The notes: generated by a model from the sequence alone, not told the origin. Positions 19,009-29,167 are shown, counted from the stretch's first letter. The stretch: 64,000 nt of DNA from Catenovulum sp. SX2 (GCF_052056295.1 NZ_CP182493.1:2123989-2187988); one strand, 5' to 3'. Numbers and translations: made by a program.

Positions 19009-20535
19009 ATGCCAAACATCAATACTTGTGAACAACAGCTAACCGAAGCCATAAAACAACGCCAAAACGATTGGCGCTGTGGTGCGATTGTTTATCAGGT
19101 ATTGGTTGATAGATTTGCCCCTGCCGCTAATTTAGCTAACAAACAAGATTTGTACCCAGCGCCAAAACAGCTTAAAAGTTGGCAAGACACACCCAAACAC
19201 GGCCACTACCTTGAAGATCAAGGTTTGTGGAGCCATGAAATTGAATTTTGGGGTGGCGATTTAGCCAGTTTACAAAGCAAACTAGATTATATTGCCGAGC
19301 TAGGTGCAGATATTTTGTATTTAAACCCAATTCATTTGGCTTACACCAATCACAAATACGACAGTTTAGATTTCCAGCAAGTATCGCCTGAGTTTGGCGA
19401 CCGCCAAGATGTTAAAAACCTCACCCAAGCAACTCATGCCAAAGGTATGAAAATTGTGTTAGATGGGGTGTTTAATCATATGGGACAAAATGCGCCGATT
19501 TTTCAACAAGCAGCTGCGGACGAAACTAGCCCGTATCGAACTTGGTTTGATTTTAATCCCGACTATCCAGCAGGGCATAGGGCTTGGAGCAATGCGGTTA
19601 ATTTGCCCGAGCTGAATTTAGAAAACCGTGCTGTGCGTGAGCATATTTGGTTGAGCAAAGATTCAGTGGTGCAATCTTACCTAGCCGAAGGCATAGACGG
19701 TTGGCGTTTAGATGTTGCCCACGATATTGGTTTTGACTATTTAGCTGAGTTAAAAACCTCGGCTCAAACGGTTAAACAAGATGCGCTAATTGTCGGCGAA
19801 ATTTGGTGTTATCCACAGCAGTGGTTTCCGAGTGTGGATGGCGTGATGAACTTTACCGCGCGAGAAATATTTTGGCATGTATGTGAAGGCACAATAGCGC
19901 CAGATACAGCCAATAATATGTTGGCAAAAATGGTCGAAGATGCTGGTGTCGATAATTTATTAAAATCTTGGTTAGTATTAGATAACCACGACACAGCCCG
20001 TTTGCCTAACCTTTTGCCTGACGTCAAAAAACAGCAATTAGCACAAGTTTTACACTTTACCTTTCCCGGCTCGCCTACAGTTTATTATGGCTCTGAGTTG
20101 GGCATGACAGGTGGAGACGATCCGGAAATGCGTGCGCCAATGCGCTGGGATTTACTCACAGACGACAATTCAACCTATCAATGGCACAAACAACTGATTC
20201 AACTGCGCAAAGAGAATATTGCGTTAAAAGTGGGTGAATTTCGGCCAATTATCAGTAAAAATTTAGTCGCGTTCGAGCGTTTTACCGACAAAGTTGCCGA
20301 CAGTGTTTTTGTAGTGGTTAACCCGAATGATCAGCCAATAACTGAGTATTTAATGTTAACCAATTCAAAGCTGATGAATATGGGCGGTATGTTTGATTTA
20401 CTCGGCAATATTAGTGAAGCCATTTATATAAAAGCAGGCGTAATTAAAGTTTCACTACCCGCCAATAGTGCTGCGCTGTTAAAGGCAGATACCAGTGCAA
20501 CACATGGGTATACCACTTACAAGCGCGTGAAATAA
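19009..20535 (+). CDS. Glycoside hydrolase family 13 (alpha-amylase family) enzyme, cytoplasmic
   Basis: GH13 conserved regions: DGVFNHMG (region I), GWRLDVAHD (region II, catalytic Asp), VGEIW (region III, Glu), LDNHDT (region IV). No signal peptide. Confidence 0.88.
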   Translation: MPNINTCEQQLTEAIKQRQNDWRCGAIVYQVLVDRFAPAANLANKQDLYPAPKQLKSWQDTPKHGHYLEDQGLWSHEIEFWGGDLASLQSKLDYIAELGADILYLNPIHLAYTNHKYDSLDFQQVSPEFGDRQDVKNLTQATHAKGMKIVLDGVFNHMGQNAPIFQQAAADETSPYRTWFDFNPDYPAGHRAWSNAVNLPELNLENRAVREHIWLSKDSVVQSYLAEGIDGWRLDVAHDIGFDYLAELKTSAQTVKQDALIVGEIWCYPQQWFPSVDGVMNFTAREIFWHVCEGTIAPDTANNMLAKMVEDAGVDNLLKSWLVLDNHDTARLPNLLPDVKKQQLAQVLHFTFPGSPTVYYGSELGMTGGDDPEMRAPMRWDLLTDDNSTYQWHKQLIQLRKENIALKVGEFRPIISKNLVAFERFTDKVADSVFVVVNPNDQPITEYLMLTNSKLMNMGGMFDLLGNISEAIYIKAGVIKVSLPANSAALLKADTSATHGYTTYKRVK

Positions 20536-20565
20536 ATAAGCAACAAAAAATGCTTACAACTTTCA

Positions 20566-20990
20566 GCCTCCGAGCTGGCTAGCTAGCAGTGCTGCTAGAT
20601 TGGTGTATTAAAGCCCATTTGCAGCATAATTTTCTAAAAACGCTTTCCACCGTCCTTGGTCGCTCGCACAAGGCTTCCTGCCTTGTGAAGTTTTAGAAAA
20701 TAAGCATGCAAATAGACTCATAGCCAACATTATAATCGCTTCAACAAACTCTCAGCCACTCAGTTGGAATAAGGTGAGTGAGGGTGTTTCGAACAAAACC
20801 TCACAAGATAGGGATATCTTGTGCGAGCGTCTCAGGATGAGTTTAAAGCGATTTTGTGAGAAATATCTCATACACCTTATGTACATTGAGCACAATATCA
20901 CAGCGTTTGCTGAGTTGTTTATAACTTCCAACCTCCGAGATAAAGAACTAGCAGCGCTACTAGCTTGAGCAACAGAGCCTATTTGCACTT
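20566..20990. repeat. Repeat cluster: a ~65-bp direct repeat (20566-20630, and again 20925-20990) flanking an inverted pair of the ERIC-like structured elements (20624-20708 reverse type; 20770-20900 forward type)
   Basis: Direct-repeat copies share ..cctccgag..agcag(c/t)gct(a/g)ctag..tttgca. The elements share the core motif with loci at 1.1-1.9 and 42.2-42.6 kb. ORFs 20752..20988 and 20774..20968 are spurious. Confidence 0.8.
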
Positions 20991-21045
20991 TTTAACATCA
21001 AGGCGTACTATTTGTAAGTAAATCTCTTACATGAAAGGTAATCAC

Positions 21046-21294
21046 ATGGCACGAACAATTACATTTCAACCTGGTGACAGAATGGGTGCTTTTATCGAAG
21101 AATTAGTAAAATCTGGCGACTACAACAATCAGAGCGAAGTAATACGCGCTGCAGTAAGGCTGCTAGAAGAGCAAACCGCACAATCATCGCTATCAAAAAT
21201 CAGACAACTCATAGACGACGGCGACAATAGCCCTGACGTTGAAAATTGGTCAATGGATAGTTTGCAAAAAAGACTAGATAACCGACATGGCTAA
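21046..21294 (+). CDS. parD: Type II toxin-antitoxin system ParD-family antitoxin
   Basis: MARTITFQPGDRMGAFIEELVKSGDYNNQSEVIRAAVRLLEE is the typical ParD/CopG-like N-terminus. It overlaps the downstream toxin ORF by 8 bp. Confidence 0.85.
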   Translation: MARTITFQPGDRMGAFIEELVKSGDYNNQSEVIRAAVRLLEEQTAQSSLSKIRQLIDDGDNSPDVENWSMDSLQKRLDNRHG

Positions 21295-21581
21295 CTTTAA
21301 AGTTTCAGAGCAAGCAAATAACGATTTATACGAAATAGCTCTATATACAGAAGATACTTGGGGGCGAGCGCAACGCCGACAGTATTTAGAAGAAATTAAT
21401 AGGCGTTTCCATCAACTAGCTGAAAATCCACATTTCCCAACTTCAAAAGACATCAGCCATATAAAACAAGGTTGTTACGCTTCCCCAATAAACCAGCATT
21501 TAATTATCTACCGAAATTCAGTTACGGCATAAGAATAGTGCGAGTTTTAGGCCAAATAATGGACTTAGAACGGCACCTGTA
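21287..21581 (+). pseudogene. parE: ParE/RelE-family toxin gene interrupted by a frameshift near 21518-21526
   Basis: Frame 1 gives an 81-aa product ending ..LIIYRNSVTA*. The shifted frame continues ..GIRIVRVLGQIMDLERHL* (stop 21579-21581), which is the canonical ParE C-terminus (EIVRVLH.RMD..RHL). The intact gene would be about 97 aa. Confidence 0.7.
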
Positions 21582-21592
21582 AAGCAGCGCTA

Positions 21593-23740
21593 CTAGTTTG
21601 GTGTTGACTTGGCATACTTGCCCAACACTCGATAAAACTCTTCTAAATTTATCGGTTTAGCTATGCATTCTGTCATGCCTGCTGCAAGGTAATCACCAAC
21701 TTCGTGAGTCATGACATTGGCGGTGAGTGCAATAATAGGTAGTCTAGGGGCAAATTCACGAATAGCTTTAGTTGCACTAACGCCATCTAAATTGGGCATT
21801 TGAATATCCATTAACACCAAATCAGGTAGATTATTCTGACACTCACGTACAGCATCTAAACCATCTTCAACAAAAATGATTTCAGCGTGCGTATCTTGCA
21901 ACATAGCTTTGACCACTTCTTGATTGATTTCATTGTCTTCCGCTACCAATACTCGGTAACCCGAAAAGTTTGGTCGTGTACCCGTTTTTGCTTTGGGCGC
22001 TTTTTTAGTTTGTTCTACTTTCAACGTTATCGGAATAAAAAATTCAAAAGTAGAACCGCGCCCAATACTGCTGGTAAAAGTTAAGTCACCACCCATCATT
22101 TGTGCCAAACGCTTAGAAATAGTTAATCCCAAACCTGTGCCACCAAATTTCCTGCTAGTTGACTTATCCGCTTGTTCAAAAGCGGTAAATAACTTGTCTT
22201 GTACCGCTTTATCTATGCCAACACCAGTATCATAAACCTGCATATGCAATTGATAAGATTTATCTTTTTGCTCTATTAAATCAGAAAAAACAATTACCAT
22301 ACCCTGCTGGGTAAATTTAATTGCATTGGCACACAAGTTATTAATAATTTGGATAATGCGTAAAGGATCACCCATTAAGGTTCTGTCTTTCAACTGACAT
22401 TTTTTAACATCAAAAGTCAGTCCCTTTTCTTTAGCAAGATAACTATGAGTCGCTTCTATCTGCTTATAAATATCCGTCAAAGTAAACTCGATGTGCTCAA
22501 TTTCTAGTTTGCCCGCTTCAATTTTAGAAAAATCTAACACATCATTGATAATGGCTAATAAAGAGCGTGCCGACATAGACACTTTGCTTAAATAATCTTG
22601 TTGCTGTTGGTTTAAATCGGTTTGCAAACACAGCTGCGTCATGCCAATTACGCCGTTTAGTGGGGTGCGAATTTCATGTGACATATTGGCTAAAAACTGT
22701 GATTTGGCAAAATTGGCAGCTTCAGCTTTGGTTTTGGCTTGTTGCAGCTCTTGGTCAGCCAGCTTTTGCACTGTGATATCTTCGTATGTTCCAAGCACAC
22801 CAACCACTTCACCTTTGCTATCATGCAAAGCTATTTTACTGGTTCGCACCCATGCTATCGAACCGTCTTGGCGGCTTTGTCGTTCAACAAAATTTATTTT
22901 AGATGTGCCATTTTGGATAACATCAGCATCATCCGCACGATAGGCGTCCGCTTGCTCTCGCCACACTTGTTGATAATCATTTTGACCAATTATTGTAGCG
23001 GGGGAATCTAAATTAGCGTCAGATGCAAAAGCTTGATTGCAACCAAGGTAATTAAGTTGTTTATCTTTCCAAAATACTCGCACCGGAATATGGTCAAGCA
23101 CCAGTTGTAAAAAACCAGCAGCATAGTTGAGCTCTTCGTTGGTTTTTAACAGTTGTTGATTCTGTGTCTCTATTGTTTCGTCGGCTGAACGCAATGCTGA
23201 GCCAAAATGGCTAATTTGTAAGCCATTAAGCAAAATAATAGCGCTGCCAAAACAACAGAGCATAAATGCTTCGAGCACCCAAGCAATATACATGACAGGT
23301 ACTTGTGAATAATCTAAATCTAACCGTATCCACCCTAACTGTAAAAACACGGCTGACAAAAAATATCCAAAAACAAACAAGGCTAAAAAAATATAGGCGC
23401 GTTTGTATCCCCAAAAAACCGAGACTAAGTACAAACAAAATAAAGAAGTTACACCCGCTGAGCCCATAACACCAAAGCGGATTAAACCAATAAAAGCAAT
23501 TAAGAACATTAACCAAATTAAGCTATGCGCTTTAATGCTATATGTTAGGCGTGCTCTAAACCAATAAACGCTCCAAAACAGTCCAACAAATACTAATTGA
23601 ATAATATTAGCTAAATCGATTTCTATAAAACGCAAACGAATAACAGCCAACAAAGCAGCAGGGATAGAAAATATCACCATAATACTCATAGCTTTGTGGA
23701 TGATTAAATCTCTGAATATTGTTTTTTCAGTTGGCTTCAT
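21593..23740 (-). CDS. Hybrid sensor histidine kinase / response regulator (multi-TM N-terminal sensor, PAS, HisKA, HATPase_c, C-terminal REC)
   Basis: H-box ([14 protein letters not shown]), N/G boxes ([27 protein letters not shown]) and a receiver domain with the phospho-acceptor context (VLMDIQMP). About 6 N-terminal TM helices. Confidence 0.9.
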   Translation of the reverse strand: MKPTEKTIFRDLIIHKAMSIMVIFSIPAALLAVIRLRFIEIDLANIIQLVFVGLFWSVYWFRARLTYSIKAHSLIWLMFLIAFIGLIRFGVMGSAGVTSLFCLYLVSVFWGYKRAYIFLALFVFGYFLSAVFLQLGWIRLDLDYSQVPVMYIAWVLEAFMLCCFGSAIILLNGLQISHFGSALRSADETIETQNQQLLKTNEELNYAAGFLQLVLDHIPVRVFWKDKQLNYLGCNQAFASDANLDSPATIIGQNDYQQVWREQADAYRADDADVIQNGTSKINFVERQSRQDGSIAWVRTSKIALHDSKGEVVGVLGTYEDITVQKLADQELQQAKTKAEAANFAKSQFLANMSHEIRTPLNGVIGMTQLCLQTDLNQQQQDYLSKVSMSARSLLAIINDVLDFSKIEAGKLEIEHIEFTLTDIYKQIEATHSYLAKEKGLTFDVKKCQLKDRTLMGDPLRIIQIINNLCANAIKFTQQGMVIVFSDLIEQKDKSYQLHMQVYDTGVGIDKAVQDKLFTAFEQADKSTSRKFGGTGLGLTISKRLAQMMGGDLTFTSSIGRGSTFEFFIPITLKVEQTKKAPKAKTGTRPNFSGYRVLVAEDNEINQEVVKAMLQDTHAEIIFVEDGLDAVRECQNNLPDLVLMDIQMPNLDGVSATKAIREFAPRLPIIALTANVMTHEVGDYLAAGMTECIAKPINLEEFYRVLGKYAKSTPN

Positions 23741-23773
23741 AGCGCAAGTTATCTACCTATGGGTGTTTAACCT

Positions 23774-24439
23774 TTATGCCTTGGTTAAAAACACCACATC
23801 TTTGTCTATTATTTCAAACGTCCAATTAAATTTAGACGCTAAATAAGCAAAGGTAAATTCTGAATAGAAACAAATATGAGTTAAATCGTTTTTATAGTGC
23901 CAAGTTGCAAACGCCTGTGTATCCAATACTCTTTTTGTCATCACAGCCAGTACTCCTTGGTTGTCGAGTAATCTATCTAACAATGACCAAACACTATGGG
24001 CATCAGCAATATGTTCTATCACTTCAGTTGCGGTAATAAATTGATACTTTCGCTGTAAAACCTCAGTTTGCGGAAAATAATACAAATCGTAATTGAGCAC
24101 GCTAAAACCGTCGGCCTTAGCCATTTGGCTTAACACAGCACCTTCACCACAACCAAAGTCTAACCCTTGAATGTCAGCCGGAACTTGCTGATTTAAACGT
24201 GCTTTTAACGGTGCCCAAGTTCTTGATAAAAATTTTTGATACCCAAGGTCGGCAATCGAGTTATCGTGTTTATCGTATTCAGCTTTTTCGGCTTGCGCGG
24301 ATAAGTGAAATTGTTGCGGCACAAATACCAATTGGCAGTGACGGCACTGCAAATAACTACGGCGTTTATCTTGATGGTAAAAGTGTGTATCTAGTGAACA
24401 ACACAAGGGGCAAAGGCTATTTTCAATTTCTGTCGACAT
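23774..24439 (-). CDS. Class I SAM-dependent methyltransferase with N-terminal CxxC..CxxC zinc-ribbon
   Basis: CPLCCS...CRHCQ zinc ribbon. SAM-binding motif I (LDFGCGEGAV). A 34-bp gap to the downstream histidine kinase suggests one operon. Confidence 0.75.
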   Translation of the reverse strand: MSTEIENSLCPLCCSLDTHFYHQDKRRSYLQCRHCQLVFVPQQFHLSAQAEKAEYDKHDNSIADLGYQKFLSRTWAPLKARLNQQVPADIQGLDFGCGEGAVLSQMAKADGFSVLNYDLYYFPQTEVLQRKYQFITATEVIEHIADAHSVWSLLDRLLDNQGVLAVMTKRVLDTQAFATWHYKNDLTHICFYSEFTFAYLASKFNWTFEIIDKDVVFLTKA

Positions 24440-24560
24440 AACAAAACCAGAATTACAAATTAGCTAGTTTTTACTATAAAACCCTAACAATTGATAGCTT
24501 GCGAGATATCCTCTAAATATCTATGCTTAGTCCCATCAAGATATTCAACATAAAACAACT

Positions 24561-25025
24561 ATGAACTATTGGTTATTTAAAACAGAACCGGACGTATTTG
24601 GTATTGACCACTTACAATCGCGGCTAAATAAAACTGAAATGTGGGATGGCGTACGCAACTATCAAGCACGCAACTTTTTACGCGACCAAGTAAAAAAGGG
24701 GGATTTACTGTTTATTTACCATTCTAGTTGCAAAAATATCGGCATTGCCGGTTTAGCAGAAGTAGTACGTGAAGCTTACCCTGATCCAACGCAATTCGAC
24801 CCAGAATCAAAATACTATGATCCTAAATCAACAGCAGAAAACCCAAGATGGATTGCGGTGGATATCAAATTCAAGCAAAAATTCAACAAGGTTTTATCGC
24901 TGCAAGAGATTAAAAAAATGCCACAAATTATTGAGCTAGGTTTGGTCAAAAAAGGCCACAGACTTTCTATTATGCCCGTGGTGTTAGCTGAGTGGCAGTT
25001 GCTGCTAACAAGTGCACAAAATTAA
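24561..25025 (+). CDS. EVE (PUA-like) domain protein
   Basis: MNYWLFKTEPDVFGIDHL...WDGVRNYQARNFLRD.VKKGDLLFIYHS is the classic EVE-domain N-terminus. 154 aa. Confidence 0.85.
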   Translation: MNYWLFKTEPDVFGIDHLQSRLNKTEMWDGVRNYQARNFLRDQVKKGDLLFIYHSSCKNIGIAGLAEVVREAYPDPTQFDPESKYYDPKSTAENPRWIAVDIKFKQKFNKVLSLQEIKKMPQIIELGLVKKGHRLSIMPVVLAEWQLLLTSAQN

Positions 25026-25104
25026 TCAAAATCAATAGCTCAAGCATTTGTCTATTTTAATAAAATTGAACTATATTCAATAAACTAAAACCGACTGGTC
25101 AAGC

Positions 25105-26445
25105 GTGGTTTTCTTGATTTTCAAAAGAATAGAATTAGCCTACATCATCCTTTTCAGCCTAACTGTGGCCATATTATTGTGGCACGGCTTAGCTATGGAC
25201 AACGTTTGGCAGGTGAAAGCAACCACTGAAACCAAACCTGAGTTAATTACAGATAATGCTCAAGGTGGGCAATCTAAAGCAGAATATTTTCCACAATCGC
25301 AATACTTTGATTTTGAGTGCGAAATTAAAACAGGTTTAATTCCTCACGCCTACTGTGGGGTATTTATCCCAGTTTATGATTGGACCAACAGCGTGTATGT
25401 TCATACAGATGAATATCAATATTTGGAACTGGATATAGACCATAACAGTACATCCATGGACAATATAGCGATATTCTTAATCAACCAACATGATGCAATC
25501 AATGAACAAGGCGAAAAAGAGTCTCGCAATTTGCAATTTGTTCATTATTTCTATCCGCAACCAGGCAGACAAAGCGTCCGTATACCATTAAGTAAATTTG
25601 ATATGCCAGCTTGGAGTGCTTTTTATCACCACAAAGCTGGGGTAGACGTATCTAATGCACTAGAGAAAATTAACTTTATTCAAGTATTAACTGGTGATGC
25701 GAGCGACGACCGGACGGTACATATCAAATTGCATTCAATTAAATTTACCGGTAAGTGGATAGCGACAAATAAACTCTATCTTTCAATTATTATCATTTGG
25801 GGCGTAATTGTATTTTTGCACTTGATCAGCATTACCTTTAACTCACTTGAAAAATTGAGTTTGCAGAATAAGAAAAATGCCAGCTTAAACAAGCTCAATC
25901 GCCAATTGTTAGCACAAGCAAGCCACTTTGAAAATTTAGCTTTGTACGATGAGCTAACCGGATTGCTTAATCGCAAAGGTTTATCTAGTACATATGAGCG
26001 AGCAATTAGAGCTTATTTAGATGGGTCGCAAGCTTACGCGATGATTTTGATTGATATAGACCACTTCAAAAAAATTAACGATACTTATGGTCATGATGTG
26101 GGTGATGAAGCATTAAAAAATGTTGCGCGCGCCATTCAACAACAGCTTAGATCTGAAGATACTATTGCCCGCTGGGGCGGTGAAGAAATGATAGTAATTA
26201 CTCCCGTGTTTAACTTGCAAGCAGCCTGTACTTTAGCTGAGCGAATACGTGAACAAATTGAAAAAACTCGCATTATTAACAATCAGGTCATCACAGCCAG
26301 CTTTGGCGTAGCTATGCTTGAATGTGACGACATAGATATTTGGTTTAAACAAGCTGATTTTGCCTTATACCAAGCTAAACATAATGGGCGTAATAGAGTA
26401 GAAACAACCAACACAGTAAACGAGCGGCAAGCGAAAACAGCTTAA
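25105..26445 (+). CDS. Membrane-anchored diguanylate cyclase (GGDEF domain) with a periplasmic sensor domain between two TM helices; variant active-site motif GGEEM
   Basis: GGDEF domain blocks (LYDELTGLLNR, ILIDIDHFKKINDTYGHDVGD, RSED I-site, RWGGEEM, FGVA). GTG start inferred from the N-terminal TM helix; an ATG alternative is at 25195. Confidence 0.8.
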   Translation: MVFLIFKRIELAYIILFSLTVAILLWHGLAMDNVWQVKATTETKPELITDNAQGGQSKAEYFPQSQYFDFECEIKTGLIPHAYCGVFIPVYDWTNSVYVHTDEYQYLELDIDHNSTSMDNIAIFLINQHDAINEQGEKESRNLQFVHYFYPQPGRQSVRIPLSKFDMPAWSAFYHHKAGVDVSNALEKINFIQVLTGDASDDRTVHIKLHSIKFTGKWIATNKLYLSIIIIWGVIVFLHLISITFNSLEKLSLQNKKNASLNKLNRQLLAQASHFENLALYDELTGLLNRKGLSSTYERAIRAYLDGSQAYAMILIDIDHFKKINDTYGHDVGDEALKNVARAIQQQLRSEDTIARWGGEEMIVITPVFNLQAACTLAERIREQIEKTRIINNQVITASFGVAMLECDDIDIWFKQADFALYQAKHNGRNRVETTNTVNERQAKTA

Positions 26446-26466
26446 CCGCATGTTAGTAAACCCAAG

Positions 26467-27108
26467 CTAGTTTCTAAGCTCTTGCATATCCGCAATTAAC
26501 TCAGCTAATTTTTTAAACTGACGACCATAAATAATATTGAGATCTAATCTGTATAAAGCATCCGAAAAACGGGCAACAACAAACAGAATAACGGCAATGA
26601 CCAACAGCAAATAGTACGGGACGCCGAAAAGCAGCAATTCAGTTGGCCATGCAATCATTATCAAGCCAATTATTTCACCACCGGCATCGCTTACCAAAGC
26701 TTGTGCCGCCATACCAATAAAGAGTAATGGATAGAAAAATTTGTAATAGCGCGCATACACAGCAATGGAGTGTTGCAGCCAAGCATTAAAACTCATGATG
26801 TAGTCATAACTGCTCTGCCCTTTAGATAATTGATGTGACTTTCGCAGCTCTTTTTTAGCAATAATCACCAGTGGCACAAGCAGAAGGCAAATATACAAAC
26901 CCAAAAAAGGCGCACCAATCAAACTAAACATCACAAGTGCTACTAAACTACCGCCGATTATGGCTTTGATATTCAGCGCAAACATCTGCTGCAGTTTATC
27001 AACTATGTTCTGTGATTTGCGGTTATACAAGTCATTAATTTTTGGAGCTATTAGTTGAGTTTCTTTTACAAAACCGTCTTTCCACATTTGTTCAATTGAT
27101 TTACTCAT
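26467..27108 (-). CDS. Hypothetical membrane protein immediately downstream of the ECF sigma factor (possible anti-sigma factor)
   Basis: Cytoplasmic N-terminus of about 45 aa, then at least three TM helices. A 15-bp gap to the sigma factor gene. The anti-sigma role is inferred only from position. Confidence 0.35.
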   Translation of the reverse strand: MSKSIEQMWKDGFVKETQLIAPKINDLYNRKSQNIVDKLQQMFALNIKAIIGGSLVALVMFSLIGAPFLGLYICLLLVPLVIIAKKELRKSHQLSKGQSSYDYIMSFNAWLQHSIAVYARYYKFFYPLLFIGMAAQALVSDAGGEIIGLIMIAWPTELLLFGVPYYLLLVIAVILFVVARFSDALYRLDLNIIYGRQFKKLAELIADMQELRN

Positions 27109-27123
27109 TATCCCACCCTCTAG

Positions 27124-27612
27124 TTAATCTGCTTGATTAATAAACTTGGTTAATCTGCTTTTAATTCGCGTAATGCGCACACCTATGTTGTTGCTATTGC
27201 TGCCAATAATGTCAGCAATTTCTTCATAGGTTTTCTCTTCCAAATACAGCAAAATTACCGCTCTATCGGTTTCGGAAAGATGTTTAATCGCGTTGTACAA
27301 CAAGTTAATTTCGTCATTGGCAAAGGCTTTGCTGTCGTCGATAACCTCATCAGGCAAAGAGTCAGAAACAATATGTTTATCGCCGTTTTTACTTTGTTTG
27401 AGATAAGTTAAACAGACATTAAGTGATATACGGTAAATCCAGGTAGACCACTGACATTGCTGATTAAAATTGTCTTTGCTGCGCCAAATTTGCAGGCAAA
27501 CTTCTTGGTAATAATCTTCAAAATCTGCTTGGCTATTGGTATAAGCTCGACAGATTTTGATGATAATGCCCGCGTGCGGCAGAATGTATTGCAGATAAAA
27601 GTCACTACCCAT
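27124..27612 (-). CDS. ECF-subfamily RNA polymerase sigma-70 factor
   Basis: Region 2 (FEDYYQEVCLQIWR...WIYRISLN) and region 4 HTH (DRAVILLYLEEKTYEEIADIIG.S.NNIGVRITRIKSRL). Confidence 0.8.
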   Translation of the reverse strand: MGSDFYLQYILPHAGIIIKICRAYTNSQADFEDYYQEVCLQIWRSKDNFNQQCQWSTWIYRISLNVCLTYLKQSKNGDKHIVSDSLPDEVIDDSKAFANDEINLLYNAIKHLSETDRAVILLYLEEKTYEEIADIIGSNSNNIGVRITRIKSRLTKFINQAD

Positions 27613-27745
27613 AAAAAAGTAATATCCTAAATTATGTTATGACTGGTTAGTGGTTGGACGGTTGAGTTTATTACAGGCTAGTTTAAATTTTTTGATCTAG
27701 CCTGAAATAAATCGATTTTTTGATGGTTTTGCAATTGTGTGGAAG

Positions 27746-29167
27746 TTATAAATTAACTGAAGGTGTGGGCAATTCGTAAGCTGCACTGTTCATATTCGCG
27801 CTGCACACAGGTAATTTATCCCCTTCAGGTAAATCGAATTGAGTTACACTGACAACCGCATCTGCTTTTTTCAAAACAATTAGAGTTGAAGTTAAATTTG
27901 GCTGATAAACAATAGGATCTGTACACTCAAATCCTGGGTTTAGGATAGTAGTGATAATTCCGCCACCATTGGTATTTTTGGCTTTATCAATTTCAGTTAA
28001 ACGCGCCTCAAACATAAAATCAAACACCAGCTTATCTTTGTCCACTACAACAGATTGTTGGTGATAATCATCAACAAAAGTCAGGTTATCCCCAGTCACT
28101 CTATTGCTATCACCGAATCCAAAACCATCTTGGTATAAACCCTGAGTGATTGCAAAATACATATCTGGATTTTCAGTTGCTTTGCGGTTGTATGGTGGCA
28201 ATTCAATACTGGTGGCCTGTAAAATATTATTAGCATCAAACGCGCTTAACCACTGTAGTAAATTATCTTGAACCGAAGCAAATGCGGTTGGCTTAGCTTG
28301 TAACACCAATAATTGCCAATCAGTAGTCGATGGCAATAAATTCACCATTTTCACGTTGTCAGTTTGATATAACTGCAAATCACCCGAAAGCTCAATGCTA
28401 TCCATTTTCCAATAATTACCATCACTATTTTGGAAAATACGTTCAGATAAAACTTGCGGCGATAAAGCAGCTAAATCCAATTCGATTTTCAAACTATTCA
28501 ACCAATACAAACGTGTAATTGCTGTGGTTGACAGCCAAGTATCAAAACCCAACAAGGTTGTAGAATTAACGCTTGCTAGTTGTTGCGCAGCAGCATCATT
28601 GTCATTTGAGAAATCAACTAGCTCAATATCAGTAATAGCTTCTACCGCATTGTTTTTAAAACTGGTTAAAAACGGATAATCTGTTTGTAACGCCAGCCAG
28701 TTTTGAGTGGTAATGTTTAAATATGAACTCTGTTCAAACTGGGTGAAATACTCAGTAAGATAAGGCATATAACCAGCTAATTCAGTATTAGCCAGCAAAG
28801 GCGATTGCCAGTACAGGTCTTGCTCTTGCGCGCTAACAGACAAAAATTGCAATTGCTTTAACCGACCCCAATTTGAATAATAATTATTCTCTGCCAGCGG
28901 CTGATTGGCGACAAAGTTTTGCACAAAAGCCGTATTGACGGCTTGGTTAAATTGCTCGAGTTCATCAGCAGAAATGGTTTTGGCAGATAGTTGTGTTTCA
29001 GTTTCAGCTTCAACATTATCCATAATCGTTTCTGAAGTGTTTTTGCTATCATGCGCAGTTGCTTTTGAAACATCTGCAGATGTTTGTGCATCATCTGGCG
29101 ATTTTGCCGAATTACAGCCAATTAAGGCAACAAATGCGCCTAAGATTAAAGAATTGCGTAAAAACAT
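27746..29167 (-). CDS. Hypothetical lipoprotein, 473 aa
   Basis: Lipoprotein signal (LILGAFVALIGCNSA). No recognisable domain. Confidence 0.45.
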   Translation of the reverse strand: MFLRNSLILGAFVALIGCNSAKSPDDAQTSADVSKATAHDSKNTSETIMDNVEAETETQLSAKTISADELEQFNQAVNTAFVQNFVANQPLAENNYYSNWGRLKQLQFLSVSAQEQDLYWQSPLLANTELAGYMPYLTEYFTQFEQSSYLNITTQNWLALQTDYPFLTSFKNNAVEAITDIELVDFSNDNDAAAQQLASVNSTTLLGFDTWLSTTAITRLYWLNSLKIELDLAALSPQVLSERIFQNSDGNYWKMDSIELSGDLQLYQTDNVKMVNLLPSTTDWQLLVLQAKPTAFASVQDNLLQWLSAFDANNILQATSIELPPYNRKATENPDMYFAITQGLYQDGFGFGDSNRVTGDNLTFVDDYHQQSVVVDKDKLVFDFMFEARLTEIDKAKNTNGGGIITTILNPGFECTDPIVYQPNLTSTLIVLKKADAVVSVTQFDLPEGDKLPVCSANMNSAAYELPTPSVNL

